Below, piece after piece: positions 50,460-63,094 of a DNA stretch of 64,000 bases. The position numbers were made by a program, and so were the translations under genes. The stretch comes from Eledone cirrhosa. Lineage: Eukaryota. Under the pieces are notes generated by a model that searched no databases, was not told where the DNA came from, and was given only the letters and a program-made list of their open reading frames with translations. The stretch lies in the NCBI GenBank assembly GCA_964016885.1, contig OZ024740.1:389360001-389424000 (forward strand), written 5' to 3'. Each line of letters begins with the position of its first letter. Positions within the stretch are counted from its first letter, which is position 1.

Positions 50460-52899
50460 TAATAACTCTGGAAAACCACAGCTGTTGAGTGCTTCCAACC
50501 TATTGTAAAACTCATTCTTTGATTTATTCATTGAAACTTGTATATATATAGCGAGAGAGAGAACGAACGACATTGTTCAATGTAGCTCTTTGTTGACAAT
50601 TATCAATTTGATTAATGAATTGTATGGGGTTGGAAATAATACAGTCCCGTGTATTGTATTGTGCGTCTTTTTTTTTTATTTTTTTTTTTAGAACTAAATT
50701 GATAAACTAATAGTGCTTACTTCGATAACGAAGGAACAACGACTCGACATGCTAGATGTAGCAGCTAAATCTCTAAATCACACTCTACATTCTCTAAATA
50801 AGGACACATTGGATAATGTAGTTTGGAGTAGCCTATTTCTGAAAATTTAAAATAAGATGGGATGGTCGTAGTTGCTTCTAGGTAAGTTTCAAAGGGTCAA
50901 TTTAAGCCTAAACAGCACTCGAACGCTACTAAATTCTTTCTTGGCATTTCTACTTCCTTCCCCTTTTATTAACAATTTTCATTCGTATTGCCATTATACA
51001 CACACACGTGTGTATTTCTACAAAAGACTCTAATAGAAAGAATTATGTTTCACATATATTTTCGACTCTAAAGTGCTGAGCAGAAAAAAATTGAATTAAA
51101 GGAAGAGCAAAACAGCCATTTCCGCAAGTACTGTGGTCTATTAATGAGATGTCTACTTTATTTGTTGATTTACTTTGTCATGTGATTCTGTAAATGAAAA
51201 AAAACATCGATTATCTGAGAATAGAACGTTTGTTGTTTTTTTTTTATTATTCTTTAAAACAATGTTTTAGTATACTCTCTTCCCCATCCACTCTCGCTCT
51301 CTCTCTCTCTCTAAACGGAACTGCTGGATACATTTAGTGTTGTTGTTTTCAAGTATTCAATTAAAATTTTCGCTATGTTCCTTCCTTCCCGGTGAAAAAA
51401 AAAGGTGCTGAAAGGATGCAAGTTTAAACGTCATTTAGACAGCATTATAAGCAAATAAAATGCGTAAATTTGGGACAAGATGTGATTATATAGTTCGACA
51501 AGTTTAAGTAGTACGGAATTAACGAACGAAAATATACATCCGAATGGGGCAGAAGCTTACACATCCATAATAATGATTAAGAACAATTTTATATCATCAT
51601 TTTGACGACGACTTTTTCATACTGTTGAAAAAAAGTATTCGGCTTTATTTTTATTTTCGCATGGGGGGGGGGGGGGGGTCATATATATGATTTTTGACGA
51701 CCTCCTTGGATGCATCAATCGCTGTTAACCAGCCACCGTGTGAGATGCTATAATACTTAATCATGGCATTTTCATTTCACCTGATATTGCCGACAAGGAT
51801 CCTAAGTACACGAATACTGAGACGTCGGAATAGGAGTAAGTCTCGGAAACCAAAGCTCAGTCTTCACGATGTAAGCATCCGAAGTCGACAAGTATTGAGT
51901 TCAAAACCAAACCTTAGAGCACACCAGAGTTGATAGTACCTTGGGGCACACGAGAGTTGATAATGTAAGTCAGAGAGAGCTCCATTTGCACATCACATGC
52001 TTTCTGACAGGAAGCCACTGATCTGAGAAATGTGTAAAGTCCTTAGCTAAATATGGGTGGAAGCTTTGCTGCTAATGAGGGTAGTAAGGCTATTTTCACC
52101 AATTTCTTGTGAATGACATAGGGGAGTAAATCTGTAGTACTTCTGACTTTATGAAAGCCATTCTCCATTGAGGAGAAAGGGTCAAGGTATTGGGAAAGAT
52201 TGTTGTTAATTGCACCTTAAGATGTTGGAAGTAAGTACAATAGAATGATAGTTGCATGGTCAGAGAGGTTAGCATTGGATATGGAACACTAGCATATTAA
52301 ATTTCAAACCAGAATAGAATGATGATGAGATAACTGAACTTAAGTGATAGTTCTATTCACTTTTGTTGATTGTTAAAAAAGTAACTAAATTGTTTTTGTA
52401 ATAAAAGCCTGTTCTTGGCAGAGCTGTTCTGCTAGAGAATATGTTGCGTGTGGTGGATAGTGATATGGCCACCAGATATAATGGTTAGTTGTGATATAAG
52501 TGGGCTCCTGCCAGACAAATAAGCAATCCCAAACCAACAGCAGTAAACTACTAGGGGAGATGGAGCAATGCGTGACACCAGTAGCTCACAAGAAAATTCT
52601 CACAACCCAGGGATGTAGCTATTAAAGACTGCCTCTAAAAAAGCTTAGTCGTTACAGAACTGAGAAAAGTACCAAATTAGTGAATGGCGCAAATGAGACA
52701 ACCAAAATACTGCAATATGACCAGAAACAGTAAAGACATCCATATCGTATCATCCTTCACACGGGATAACGGAATGCATTTGGGCTTGTTCAAATAATAT
52801 ATTGCAGTCATCATCTAACACTGTAAGAACTGGCAACCAGTCCTGTGAAGTGTGGGATGGAAACATAAAGGTTACATATCCCAAGACCCCAGAGACATT

Positions 52900-54020
52900 C
52901 CGGAAAAGAGCAAACCTTGACAATTGGTAACTGGAACATTACAACTCTTCAGGCAAGGAGTAAGAACTAGTGGAGGAGGCTAGATATAGTCAGGGTTTCC
53001 TCAACAAATTTCTGTGGTTCTGGTACTGTAGATTTGGATGGCGGATGGAAACTCCACTTTTCTTGTGTGGCACCTGACAAAACTGCACAGGCTGGAGTGG
53101 GGATACTCACAAGCCCCTGGATGTTAGAATGCGTCATGGTCTGGATCCCATTGGCAGAGAAGATTTGCCTCATAGGCTGAAAGATGTGGTGGTGCAAGTT
53201 TATGCTCCAAACAAGGAGTTCAAATACAGATCCTCCCTTAATGAAGTCACTGCAGCATTAGATGTAGTTAAGACTGAGTCATATATACTCATGGGAGACT
53301 TCAATGCACATGTTGGCACCGGCCACCTGGCATGGAAAGGAGTGATCAGAAGGAACAGCGATCCCAATAAAAACACAAATGGAGAGGCTTTATTAGACTT
53401 CTGTTCTAGTAATTGGCTCTCATCATCAACGTTTAACGTCCGTGTTCCACGCTTGCATGGGTTTGGACGGGGGTTTTCCCACTTGAGGCAAGAGTGATTG
53501 TCTTGCTCGCATAGGACTGTCTGGCAGGTTTTCTACAGTTGGATGCCCTTCCTAACACCAACCACATTTACAGTGTGGGTCTGGGAGGTTTTTTACCGTG
53601 TTGCCTACACAGCCACATTACAGCGTGGACTGTGTGTTTTTTTGTTGTGACACCTACACGATCTCATTTGTTTCGGCCTGGATGGTGTGGCACCAACATA
53701 ACTTTACATAGAAGGGGGCGGTGTGGATGGGGTGGGACGGGGGGGTATTTTGTTAGAGATGCCTACTGACTGTAGTAGGTTTTACTTTGTATTTAGGTAA
53801 GGCGGGTCTTCTCTATTACTGAGTACCGCCAAAGGTCTCGGTCCAGTGACATTGTCTTGGTGAGGTGTAAGTGTGTGAGGTCGGAGTTTATCAGCTCGTC
53901 CCAGGTTTTCTATTATGAATACCTTCAGCACAAAGACATCCATATATACACATGGTATAAGGGAAATCGGGGACAGAGATCAATAATTGATTTTGTTTTT
54001 GTCTCTGATCTCTTTGATTT
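52900..54020 (+). mobile_element. RTE (Rex3/Expander-like) LINE APE endonuclease region, interrupted by an RTE-A insertion
   Basis: IGNWNITTL, AGVGIL, QVYAP, MGDFNAHVG, NGEALLDFC; resumes IMNTF.HK..YTW...SIIDF after 53910. Confidence 0.85.
53420..53908 (-). mobile_element. RTE family A 3' fragment nested in the APE coding region
   Basis: Matches 8140-8625. Confidence 0.88.
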
Positions 54021-54409
54021 TGTGCTGGATGTTTAAGAAAATCTGAAGTATTATAGTATCATTTCTCACCTCATTCAAATGTTTTGCCTTCTGCAACTGA
54101 ACCATAACATAACTTGCACCTTTATATATATTTGTATCTTTTTTTTCCTCCAGACAGTTAAAATATCAAGTGTTAGATATTTCAAAGCTAAAAAATTGAA
54201 CTCTACTGTAGATATCATGCCTTCACTTCATGTATAGTTTGTTTATTAATGGTTATATTTTCTCAATTTAAAACACTAACTTTATGTGAATTTTTGTCAT
54301 TTTTTATAATTTTGAATATTATTTTATATAGTTTTTTTTCTTTTCTTTTATTTCTTATATTTTACTTTTTTCGTTAGATCTGTCAAGGAAAAAGCGTGTT
54401 AATGTGAAA

Positions 54410-54688
54410 ATGGCTCCATGCAAGAAATTAAAGATCGATGATGTTACCACTTCCCCACTTCCCGATCAAGGTTTGGCAGAGGACCAGCCAGTGCCTGACT
54501 GTCCTCACCGCCGTCGTAGTGCACGTTTGCAACTGTTAGCCAAAATTCGGAGCTTGTATGATGCGAAGCTGCCTTTGCCTGATGATTATCTTGCAGAATT
54601 ATCTTTGGAGATTATCTGCCGTATTTTGGATTACTTACCACTCCGTGATGTTCTTAAAATGGAATGCCTTAGCAAGAAAATCAAACAG
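54410..54688 (+). CDS. FBXO38: F-box protein 38-like, first coding exon (exon acceptor at 54377/54378)
   Basis: DYLAELSLEIICRILDYLPLRDVLKMECLSKKIKQ resembles the human FBXO38 F-box as recalled ([35 protein letters not shown]); ag acceptor and CAG|gtaaaa donor. Later exons were not found in the window. Confidence 0.8.
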
Positions 54689-54919
54689 GTAAAAATCACC
54701 ATTTAATGTCTATTTTTCCTTGCTAACATGGGTTAGATAAGTTGTCACGCTGAAGCTAGGCAGGCAAATCAGACAACTGTCTTGCTCACACATTCCAACC
54801 ATTTACAGTTTGTACCAGTTGGTTTTCTCATGGTACAACCACTACTATCTGACATAGTGGACTGGGTGCTTTTTCATGGCACCAGCATATGTATATGTAT
54901 GCATGTGTGTCGTGTGTAC

Positions 54920-55810
54920 CATCATCATCATTTTATGTCTGTTGTTCCATGCTTGCATGGGTTCGATGAGTCCTTCTCAGTACAGCATCTCTCTAGTTGT
55001 TGTGTTCCTTTGTCATCTCCATGAGGTTTAGCGATCTGAGATCAGCTCTCACCACTTCCATCCAGGTCTTCCCCTACCGTGGCCTCCCACCTCTGGGATT
55101 ACTTGACACTTCTTCACCTAACAATCATCATCCATGTTGCGTCACATGTCCATACCAATGCAGTCTCCTCTCCTGTACACTATTTCTGATTCCTCTTATA
55201 CCCAGTTTCTCCCTCAGTTCATCCATGCTCTTTTGTTCTCGTACATTAACATTGCACATCTGTTAAAGCACGTTTGCCTCATTTCTATCTAGCCTCTGCA
55301 TTCACTACCCATGTCTCACTACCATGTAGCATGGCACTTCACATACAGCCAACCTTTCATTCGAACCTTTTGATTCTAGGTTCTGTTTCCACAGCCGGCA
55401 TTTATTCTCTGGTTCTTCCACAGATTCAGCTATGAGGACCAGATCATCAGCATACAGAAGTTCCCATGGGCATATAGTCTTAAACTCTTATGTTATGGCC
55501 TGGAGGACTTGGATAAACAGGAGTGGGCTAAGAACTGAATCTTGATGCACTCTTACCTGTACCTTGAATTCTTCACTAAACTCACTTGCTATTCTCACTT
55601 TACTTACAGCTCCTCTTACAAGCCACTCTTCTGCACATAATTTCCTTAAGGACCACTAGATGACTGATCAGGGTATTCTGTCAAAGGCTTTCTGTAGATC
55701 AACAGAAGTTAGATATAGTGTCTTACTCTTAGCCAAGAACTTCTCTTGTTGTCTTTGTAAAAAGCTGGCATCTGTGATGTTCCTCCCTGGCATAAAACCA
55801 AATTCATTTT
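54920..55810 (-). mobile_element. RTE LINE fragment (family B; RT part plus 3' end), degenerate
   Basis: Minus frames FGFMPGR.ITDA, VDLQKAFDRIP, HQDSVLSPLLF, PWELLYADDL; (GAT)n tail. Confidence 0.8.
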
Positions 55811-56689
55811 GTGCTTAGTGAAAAGAAATCAGTCATTTATTTAAACAGAAAACTCTAGTTGGCATAGGTTGATGAGATATATAATCGGGTTTGATTTATT
55901 TATTGATATTTAGATTTCTACTTCACAAGCCATAATTCAAAATGTTAAAATGAAGAATTAGCTATTTATCTCAGTATAGTTAATAAATTAGAACTGAACT
56001 GAGGTCAGGTTGATTTCAGTGTAAAACCAGCTCAATTTTCCAAAACAATCATTTGTGTAATAAATAATTTTGGTACATTTTACTAAAAACTGCTTTCATT
56101 CTTGGTAATGAGTTCTGTTTTTGTTTGTTTTATTAATTTAAACTCTTTCAATCAGTGTTTCTCAGCCCAGTTTCTAATTACTAACCCCCACCCCTGACAC
56201 CTTTTTTTTTACACATAAGAAAGAAAAAAAGACATTTTATTTTTCCACTGTTCCTTCTTCATGAGATGTGTTGTTTAGCTTCAGTTTAGTCTGGATTGAG
56301 TAAATCTTTGATCAAAAAGGTATTTAGGGCTACATTGTCCAATGCATTATTTAAGAGGGTGGAGATTGTTTTGATATAGACTTAGCTGCTATTTTTAGCA
56401 AGTCGAAGAAACTGAGCCTCATAACCTAGATGTTACTATAACTGTACTGGTCTGCAGTCAAGACAGAACTCTTGACAACTAGATTAACCTACCATTAAGT
56501 AGATAATACCTAAGCAAGTGAAACAAGTTTATTAACTTTTAGAAATAAAATGTATTCTTAATTTGAATAGCTTCATGAAGACTGGGCATTCACTTGTGTC
56601 CTCAAAATATAAGATTATTGGACTCATCTTAGAGGAGGAGAAAGTTGCAGCTTCTAGGTTTTCTGATTGCTAAAGGTTAACAATAAATT

Positions 56690-57210
56690 CTTTCAAATAC
56701 ATGTTAGATTTCCTAGAAGTAGTTGATAGCTTCTATTACTTAGGTGACCTAATCAATAGTGGAGGAGGTGTTCCAAAAGGATCGTAGCCACATTAAGAAA
56801 TGGATTCTCTGTCCAAATGAAGGTCAGATTAAACAATGCTTGTGTCCTAAGTGCAATGTTGTATTGTGGCGAAACCTGAGTACAGATTGTAGAGGATGTA
56901 ATGTGAAGGCTGGAAAGAAATGAAGCGAGCATATTCTGTTAAATGTGTAACATTAGTATGCATCAACAACAGCACAGATGAGCTGTAAAAAGAATTGAAT
57001 AGGAGCTGGATGAAGACGAGAAACTAAATTGGTTTGCATATGGAGGATGGCAATTGGGTGAAAAAGTGCCAAATGATGCAAATGGAATGAACCTGCAGAA
57101 GTAGTGAAGACTAATGCTCACAAAGATAACGAACGACCACAATCACTAATGAGATACTGTGCTAGAGAAGTACCATATGAGCTTGGATAAACAGGTGTGA
57201 GATGATAATG
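56690..57210 (+). mobile_element. Old RTE LINE 3' fragment
   Basis: VVDSFYYLGDLI..GGG, AMLYCGET, RLERNEAS remnants. Confidence 0.65.
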
Positions 57211-57306
57211 ACTGAGCTTTGACTATTTTATCTTTTCCAACGGAATTTATCTCAATAAACAGCAGGAGCGTAGAACAATTGCCAAATATTCATAAACTTC
57301 CAATTT

Positions 57307-57339
<33 letters not shown>

Positions 57340-57770
57340 CAACTAGAAATTGATTGACATATAAATATATCTAAAATAAACATATGAAACAATCACAGGG
57401 GATAATTTGTAAAAGTGTGTAAGCACACATAGCTATGTAGGTAACTAAATAAAGTTTAACTAGAACTTCAAAAATTGATTAATCTTCCTTGTATATATTC
57501 CATTAAAGAAATATATTTCACCAATTAATCGATTGGTAAACGACAGTAGCCAGATCCTGGATTTTCAACAAGGAAGAGGACTAACCATCTGTGTTTACAC
57601 ATCAAATTCAAATCAGCGACTGGCCAATAACACGTGCTGTATTTACTAAAAATACACACATCGTACCAGCTTCGTCCTAGTGGTGTGAATAGGGTTATCG
57701 ACAACTAGAAATAGCAGTCAAGTCCTTTCAACTGAGTTAGCTCTACAATTAAGGGGCCGTATTTATATAT

Positions 57771-59170
57771 ATCCAAAATTAAGTTAAATTAAGGGTGTCA
57801 TGTCAGATAGACATGTGCCATATCACCCGTAAAATATGCTCCAAGATTCCAATGAATAGATCCGAGCATTTTATATCAACTAGAAATTGATTGACATATG
57901 CAGTGAGACCTGGGCATTGTGTGCAGAGGATATACGCAGACTGGAGAGGAACGAAGCTTGCATGCTCCGCTGGATGTGTAATAGTAATAAATGTGAACGG
58001 CAAAGCATAAACGAACTAAGGGAAAAATTAGAAATAAGAGGGATCAGATGTTGTTTACTCGAGAGAAGACTGTGTTGGTACGGTCACGTGATGCGCATGA
58101 AAGACGACAGCTGTATAAAAAAGTGCAAGGCAATAAAAATAGACGGTAACCACGGAGTAGGCAGACCCAGAAAAACCTGGGATGACTTGATAAATTCCGA
58201 CCTCACACACTTACACCTCTCCAAGACAATGTCACTGGACCGAAATCTTTGGCGTTACACAGTAATACAGAAGACCCGCCTTACCTAAGTACAAAGTGAA
58301 ACCTACTACAGTCAGTAGGCACCTCTAACAAAAATACACCCCCCGTCTCACTACCCCCACTCCATCCACACCACCCCTTTCAATGTAAAGTTATGTTGGT
58401 ACCACAACATCCAGTCCAAAACAAATGAGGTCGTGTAGGTGTCACGACAAAAAAACACACAGTCCACGCTGTAATGTGGCCGTGTAGGTAACATGGTAAA
58501 AACCTCCCAGTCCACACTGTAAACGTGGTTGGTGTTAGGAAGGGCATCCAGCCGTAGAAAACCCACCAGACAGTCCTATGCGAGCAAGACAACCACTCTT
58601 GCCTCAAGTGGGAAAACTCCCGTCCAAACCCATGCAAGCATGGAAGATGGACGTTAAATGATGACGATGACGACGACTAAAATAAACATGAAACAATCAC
58701 AGGGAATAATTTGTAAAAGTGTGTAAGCACACATAGCTAGGTAGGTAACTAATTAAAGTTTAACTAGAACTTTAAAAATAGATACCTTATAAATTGATTA
58801 ATCTTCCTTGTATATATTCCATTAAAGAAATATATTTCACCAATTAATCGATTGGTAAACAACAGTACCGAAATATATTTCTTTAATGGAATATATACAA
58901 GGAAGATTAATCAATTTATAAGGTATCTATTTTTGAAGTTCTAGTTAAACTTTATTTAGTTACCTACATAGCTATGTGTGCTTACACACTTTTACAAATT
59001 ATCCCCTGTGATTGTTTCATATGTTTATTTTAGATATATTTATATGTCAATCAATTTCTAGTTGATATAAAATGCTCGGATCTATTCATTGGAATCTTGG
59101 AGCATATTTCACGGGTGATATGGCGCATATCTATCTGACATGACACCCTTAATTTAACTTAATTTTGGAT
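57771..59170. repeat. Foldback with arms of about 300 bp and a 31-nt loop (58839-58869); left arm split by RTE; extra partial direct copy at 57339-57548
   Basis: 57771-57899 plus 58677-58838 is the reverse complement of 58870-59170; (TA)n flanks. Confidence 0.9.
57900..58676 (+). mobile_element. RTE family A 3' fragment inserted in the foldback arm
   Basis: ORF 57887-58288; 8 nt (AAATATAT) of the target are missing relative to the other arm. Confidence 0.92.
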
Positions 59171-59631
59171 ATATATATATATATAAATTGTTTCAGTTGA
59201 GTCAATGACTGACAACCCCTTAAGTACTGGTGCCATGAAAAATGTACCAAGTACACTCTTTAAGGTAGTTGGTATAGGAAAGGCATCCAATCAGAAAACC
59301 TGCCAAAGAAATGGTCAGGCGCACTTTTCAGCTGTATCAAAGACATGACAACTTCCTTAGTGTGTCATAATAAAATGCATTCAGTAGAGCACAGGATTTT
59401 ATGTCAGGCCCCAGTCTATCTGGAGGTCAGTATCTCCACTTGAGTACTGACAATGCATCTAACTCATGCTAGAAGAGAAAATAGATCTTAAACGATGATA
59501 TGTATTTGTGACTATATATGTCTAAAATCATGCTGTGAAATTAATATTGGGGATATATACTAAGGTCTCTGCAAAACTGCATATGTAAGTACCAATTTAG
59601 GACTCGTGGATGTGTGTGTGTATATATATAT

Positions 59632-62060
59632 GTAGTTGTTATACTTTGGGAGGGTCATGTTGCCAATAAGAAACACACGCACCAGTTGCTTTCACTTCAA
59701 TTTATTATAATAAATTTATAATAAATTTATAAATTTCTGGTTGGTTGGTTGGTTGGTTCCACAACCAGATAGTTGTTTATATATTGTCATAGTTCTTTCG
59801 TCACACACTCTGTGACCTCCTCAGTGACTGGGGATTCCTTTCTTTGTTTCTGTGCCTCTCCTTTGTTCTGTCCTACGCCATTTTGTTTCTGTGTGTGTGT
59901 TGTGTGCTCAGTCTGCGCATGCGCCACATCCGGGTGTCTGTGTGTGTTTATGTTTATTTACATGTTACTGGTTGGTTGTTTGTTCTATGTGTGTGTGTGT
60001 TTTCATTTTGTCCTTAATTGTAAGTTGTGATGTTGCTGTTCCACTCATATTTTCTATTTAATTTTGGTTGTAATTCTTTTATGTTTATTGCCTCTGTAAT
60101 TTGTCTAAACATTGCGTCTTTTCTGTGTGTAGATTCTATTTTTATTTCTATGTTCTCTAATTTACCCTTGTGTTCTATTTTAGCATGTTGGTAGAGTACA
60201 GATGATTCTTTACTATCTTGAAGGTCTCGCCAGTGTTCATTTATCCGTTCCCCTACACTACGAGCTGTCTCACCTATGTACACTATATTTTTGTCACTAC
60301 ATTGTCCTTCAGTACATCTTATGCTATACACTACATTTCTAGTTTTACAGTTAATATGGGGGCTAATTTTACAGGTTATACATTTCTTATCTATACATGA
60401 GGGTCTTTGAAAAGGGTATGTCTTGCTAATAAGTGTTTTTACGGAGGTACCTGGTCTTTCTACTATCTTAATATTGAGTTTATGTTTATCTAGGGCCCTT
60501 CTAAATTTGTAAGCTAATTCACCTCTAGGGGTTGTATTGATGAACATTACACTCTGGTATTTATTGCTATCATACCATGAGTTTATTCTATTAGCCTTGT
60601 TCCTAGTTCTTTCTATTCTATTCCAAAATTTGCTCCTATACAAGGGGCAGGTCCCATTTATGTCATTATTTACCATTTTTTCCCATTTGGTTCTGGCTCC
60701 TCTATACACTCTGATTTTATCTCTCTGATTGTAGCCAGAGAACTGCATACGGTGGATGAAGTGTTGTATGTGTCTCTCTAGTTCTTCGGGGTTGCACATG
60801 CGGGACACGTTTCTCATCACCCGTACCAAATTCGCAATCAGTATGTTGATTTTGGTATGGTCCGAAACGGCCGAGTTTCGGTGGATCAGATGTTTGGAAG
60901 TCATGGGTTTGGCATAATGGGAATGGAGGATTTGTTTTTTGTTATTAATGGTATCTAACCAGAGCTCTGTGTCTAGTACAGGTAATCGATGGTTGGGGTG
61001 TTTACTTGGGTAGTCTATAGTAACTCTAATGCTCTGGTGGATGGAGTTAGCTATTTGCTGGATGCTTTCCATTGTGTTTTTCTCTAGTTCCTGACTGTTC
61101 TCTAGTGGGGGTGTCTTAACTATGATGTTTATATCATCAACGTAGCGGGAGTACATTATCAGGGTTAAGGGGTCTTCTAATTGTTCTTTAAGTTTAAGTT
61201 TAAGTCTACTGTCCCACCATACCATGAATAAGTTAGCTATGTCGCCTGCAATGCTAACACCAATGGCTGCTCCTTCCTCTTGGGCATATGTTTTTCCATT
61301 AAATTTGAACATATGTTCCTTAAGGGTTAGTTTTTTGCTGGCCCCTACCGCATGTGCAATCATTTTCTTCAGTTCATCGTGGTTTTCGGGTGTCCGTATG
61401 GCTCTGGTCCACCCGTTCCATCTATCTGTGTGGGTTTTCTTGGCCATTGAGGTAATGGTAGGTGGTCTGCCTCTTGCTGGTCTTGTAGGGCACAGGTTGC
61501 TAAGGTCATATGTGTCTAGGTAATTATTACTATAGGTAAGTTTAAGTAGGAGTCCCAGCTCACTGGTATCAATCCCACGGAACTCAACATTGCTCTCACT
61601 GATCATTTCTACGTATTTCTCCACAGCAAAATCCACGTCAATAGATGGATACAGGGACACAACATCCATACTACCTATTATGCAGTTTGTTAGGTCCCTA
61701 GATCGGTTACTCACGCCGATTCTGCTGAGGAGGTCCTCCGTGCTGTCACATACATCTGGGGACATTTCAATGATGGGGCGTATGATCAAGGAGAGGAAGT
61801 AGGACAGTCTGTAGTTACTAGCAATGTTAGCTCCACAGACTGGCCGTGTTGGTGGTCCCGCAACAGGGTCACTGCCCATTTTATGGTCTTTTCGAAGCCC
61901 ATACAACGCCGGCACGTCATTGTTCCAGGCCTGGAAGTTGTTGGCAGTCCTTTTGTTGGGCTGCATTATATTCGTCCACATCACCATATGGGCATTGAGG
62001 GCTTTTTCTCTATCCTCATGCTCCTGTGGTGTTACCTCTCTTGTGTTAGTGATGTATGTA
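59632..62060 (-). mobile_element. Penelope-like element, 5'-truncated, uninterrupted RT plus C-terminal GIY-YIG ORF
   Basis: ORF 60014-61987 (657 aa, frame open further upstream): GSMDVVSLYPSI, QEEGAAIG, RYVDDI, LPVLD, Cys-rich linker, NVVYSIRC...YIGETARSVGERINEH, RQITEAINI; 3' end abuts (TA)n. Confidence 0.93.
59786..59828 (-). ncRNA. Minimal type-I hammerhead ribozyme candidate in the PLE 3' pseudo-LTR
   Basis: Minus strand: GTCA-CTGAGGA-G-GTCAC-AGAGTGT-GTGAC-GAAA-GAAC-TA-TGAC (stem I GTCA/TGAC, stem II GTCAC/GTGAC, CUA triplet), in the same sense as the PLE ORF. Confidence 0.7.
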
Positions 62061-62359
62061 GTAGTAGTAGTATATTTTTTTCTTCTTCAATGAAGAAAAG
62101 GCAGTGCCCAAGACTCTTTTCAGGGCCTCTAAGACTGGTGGGAGGTTAGATTGGGGAAAGGTATCCTCAAACCGTAGACCTAGTCCGAATATTTGCAACA
62201 AAGTACCCTCCGCTAAAGGCTTCCAGGAGCCTGGTGATGGTAAACTGAGCAACAGATTAAGTAGACCACAGCAGGATTTGAACTTAGAATGCAAAGAACT
62301 GGATCAAATACTGCAAGTCATTTTGTCTGATTCTCTAAAAAATTTCTAAATCCACTGTT

Positions 62360-62962
62360 CCGAAGTTCAAGTATCTCAGGGCCATGTTAACGAGTGATGG
62401 AAGGCAGGAGGTTGAATTAAGTGCAAGAATTGCAGGAGCTGGTGCAGTAATGTACCAGCTTCAGCATTCAGTAATCAGAAGAAGGGAGATTGGCTTAAAA
62501 GCCAAACTCGCTATCGTCAATTTGGTATTCATGCCAACCCTTACCTATTAGCAATGAATCTTAGGTAATAACCAAAAGAATACGATCACGAATACAAGCG
62601 GCTGAAATGGGGTTCCTCTCAAGGGTCTTTGGAATAATGTTACTTGATAGAGTGTGTAGCTTGGAGATCAGAGAGCCGCTACTTCTCCGAATTGGGAGAT
62701 CACAGCTCCTATACTCTGGGCATGTGGTTAAAATGTCTCAAGAAAGAATCGCTGGACAGATTTTACGGGCAAAACCAACCGGCAAGAGAACTAGGAATTG
62801 ACCTCAAGCAAGATGGTTAGATAACATCCATGAGCTTGACTGGTCTCGCTTGGGGATCCAGCCGGATCAGTTGGAGATGGTTGCTTCTGACAGGACCCAC
62901 TGAAGGAGTGTTTGAGGACTCTGCCCCCAAAACCTTCTCAGGAATAAGTGGGCGAAGAAGAT
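62360..62962 (+). mobile_element. RTE (Rex3/Expander-like) LINE 3' fragment
   Basis: KFKYL...RIQAAEMGFLSRV...LLLRIGRSQL..GHVVKM...ARWLD. Confidence 0.85.
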
Positions 62963-63094
62963 GGAAGGTTTTTATATAAATATATTTTAAAACAAACCAT
63001 TTTGTAGTGTAGCACCAGGGGCAGTTTGATAACAAAAAGGCTAAGTAATAGCTTACATCTGCAAATGATCCAGCTGGATCCCCAAGCAAAACCA

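Noticed and set aside
60014-61987. Selenoprotein-type (Naiad) PLE or telomerase
   Set aside because: No in-frame TGA, the endonuclease is C-terminal, and there are no TERT-specific domains.
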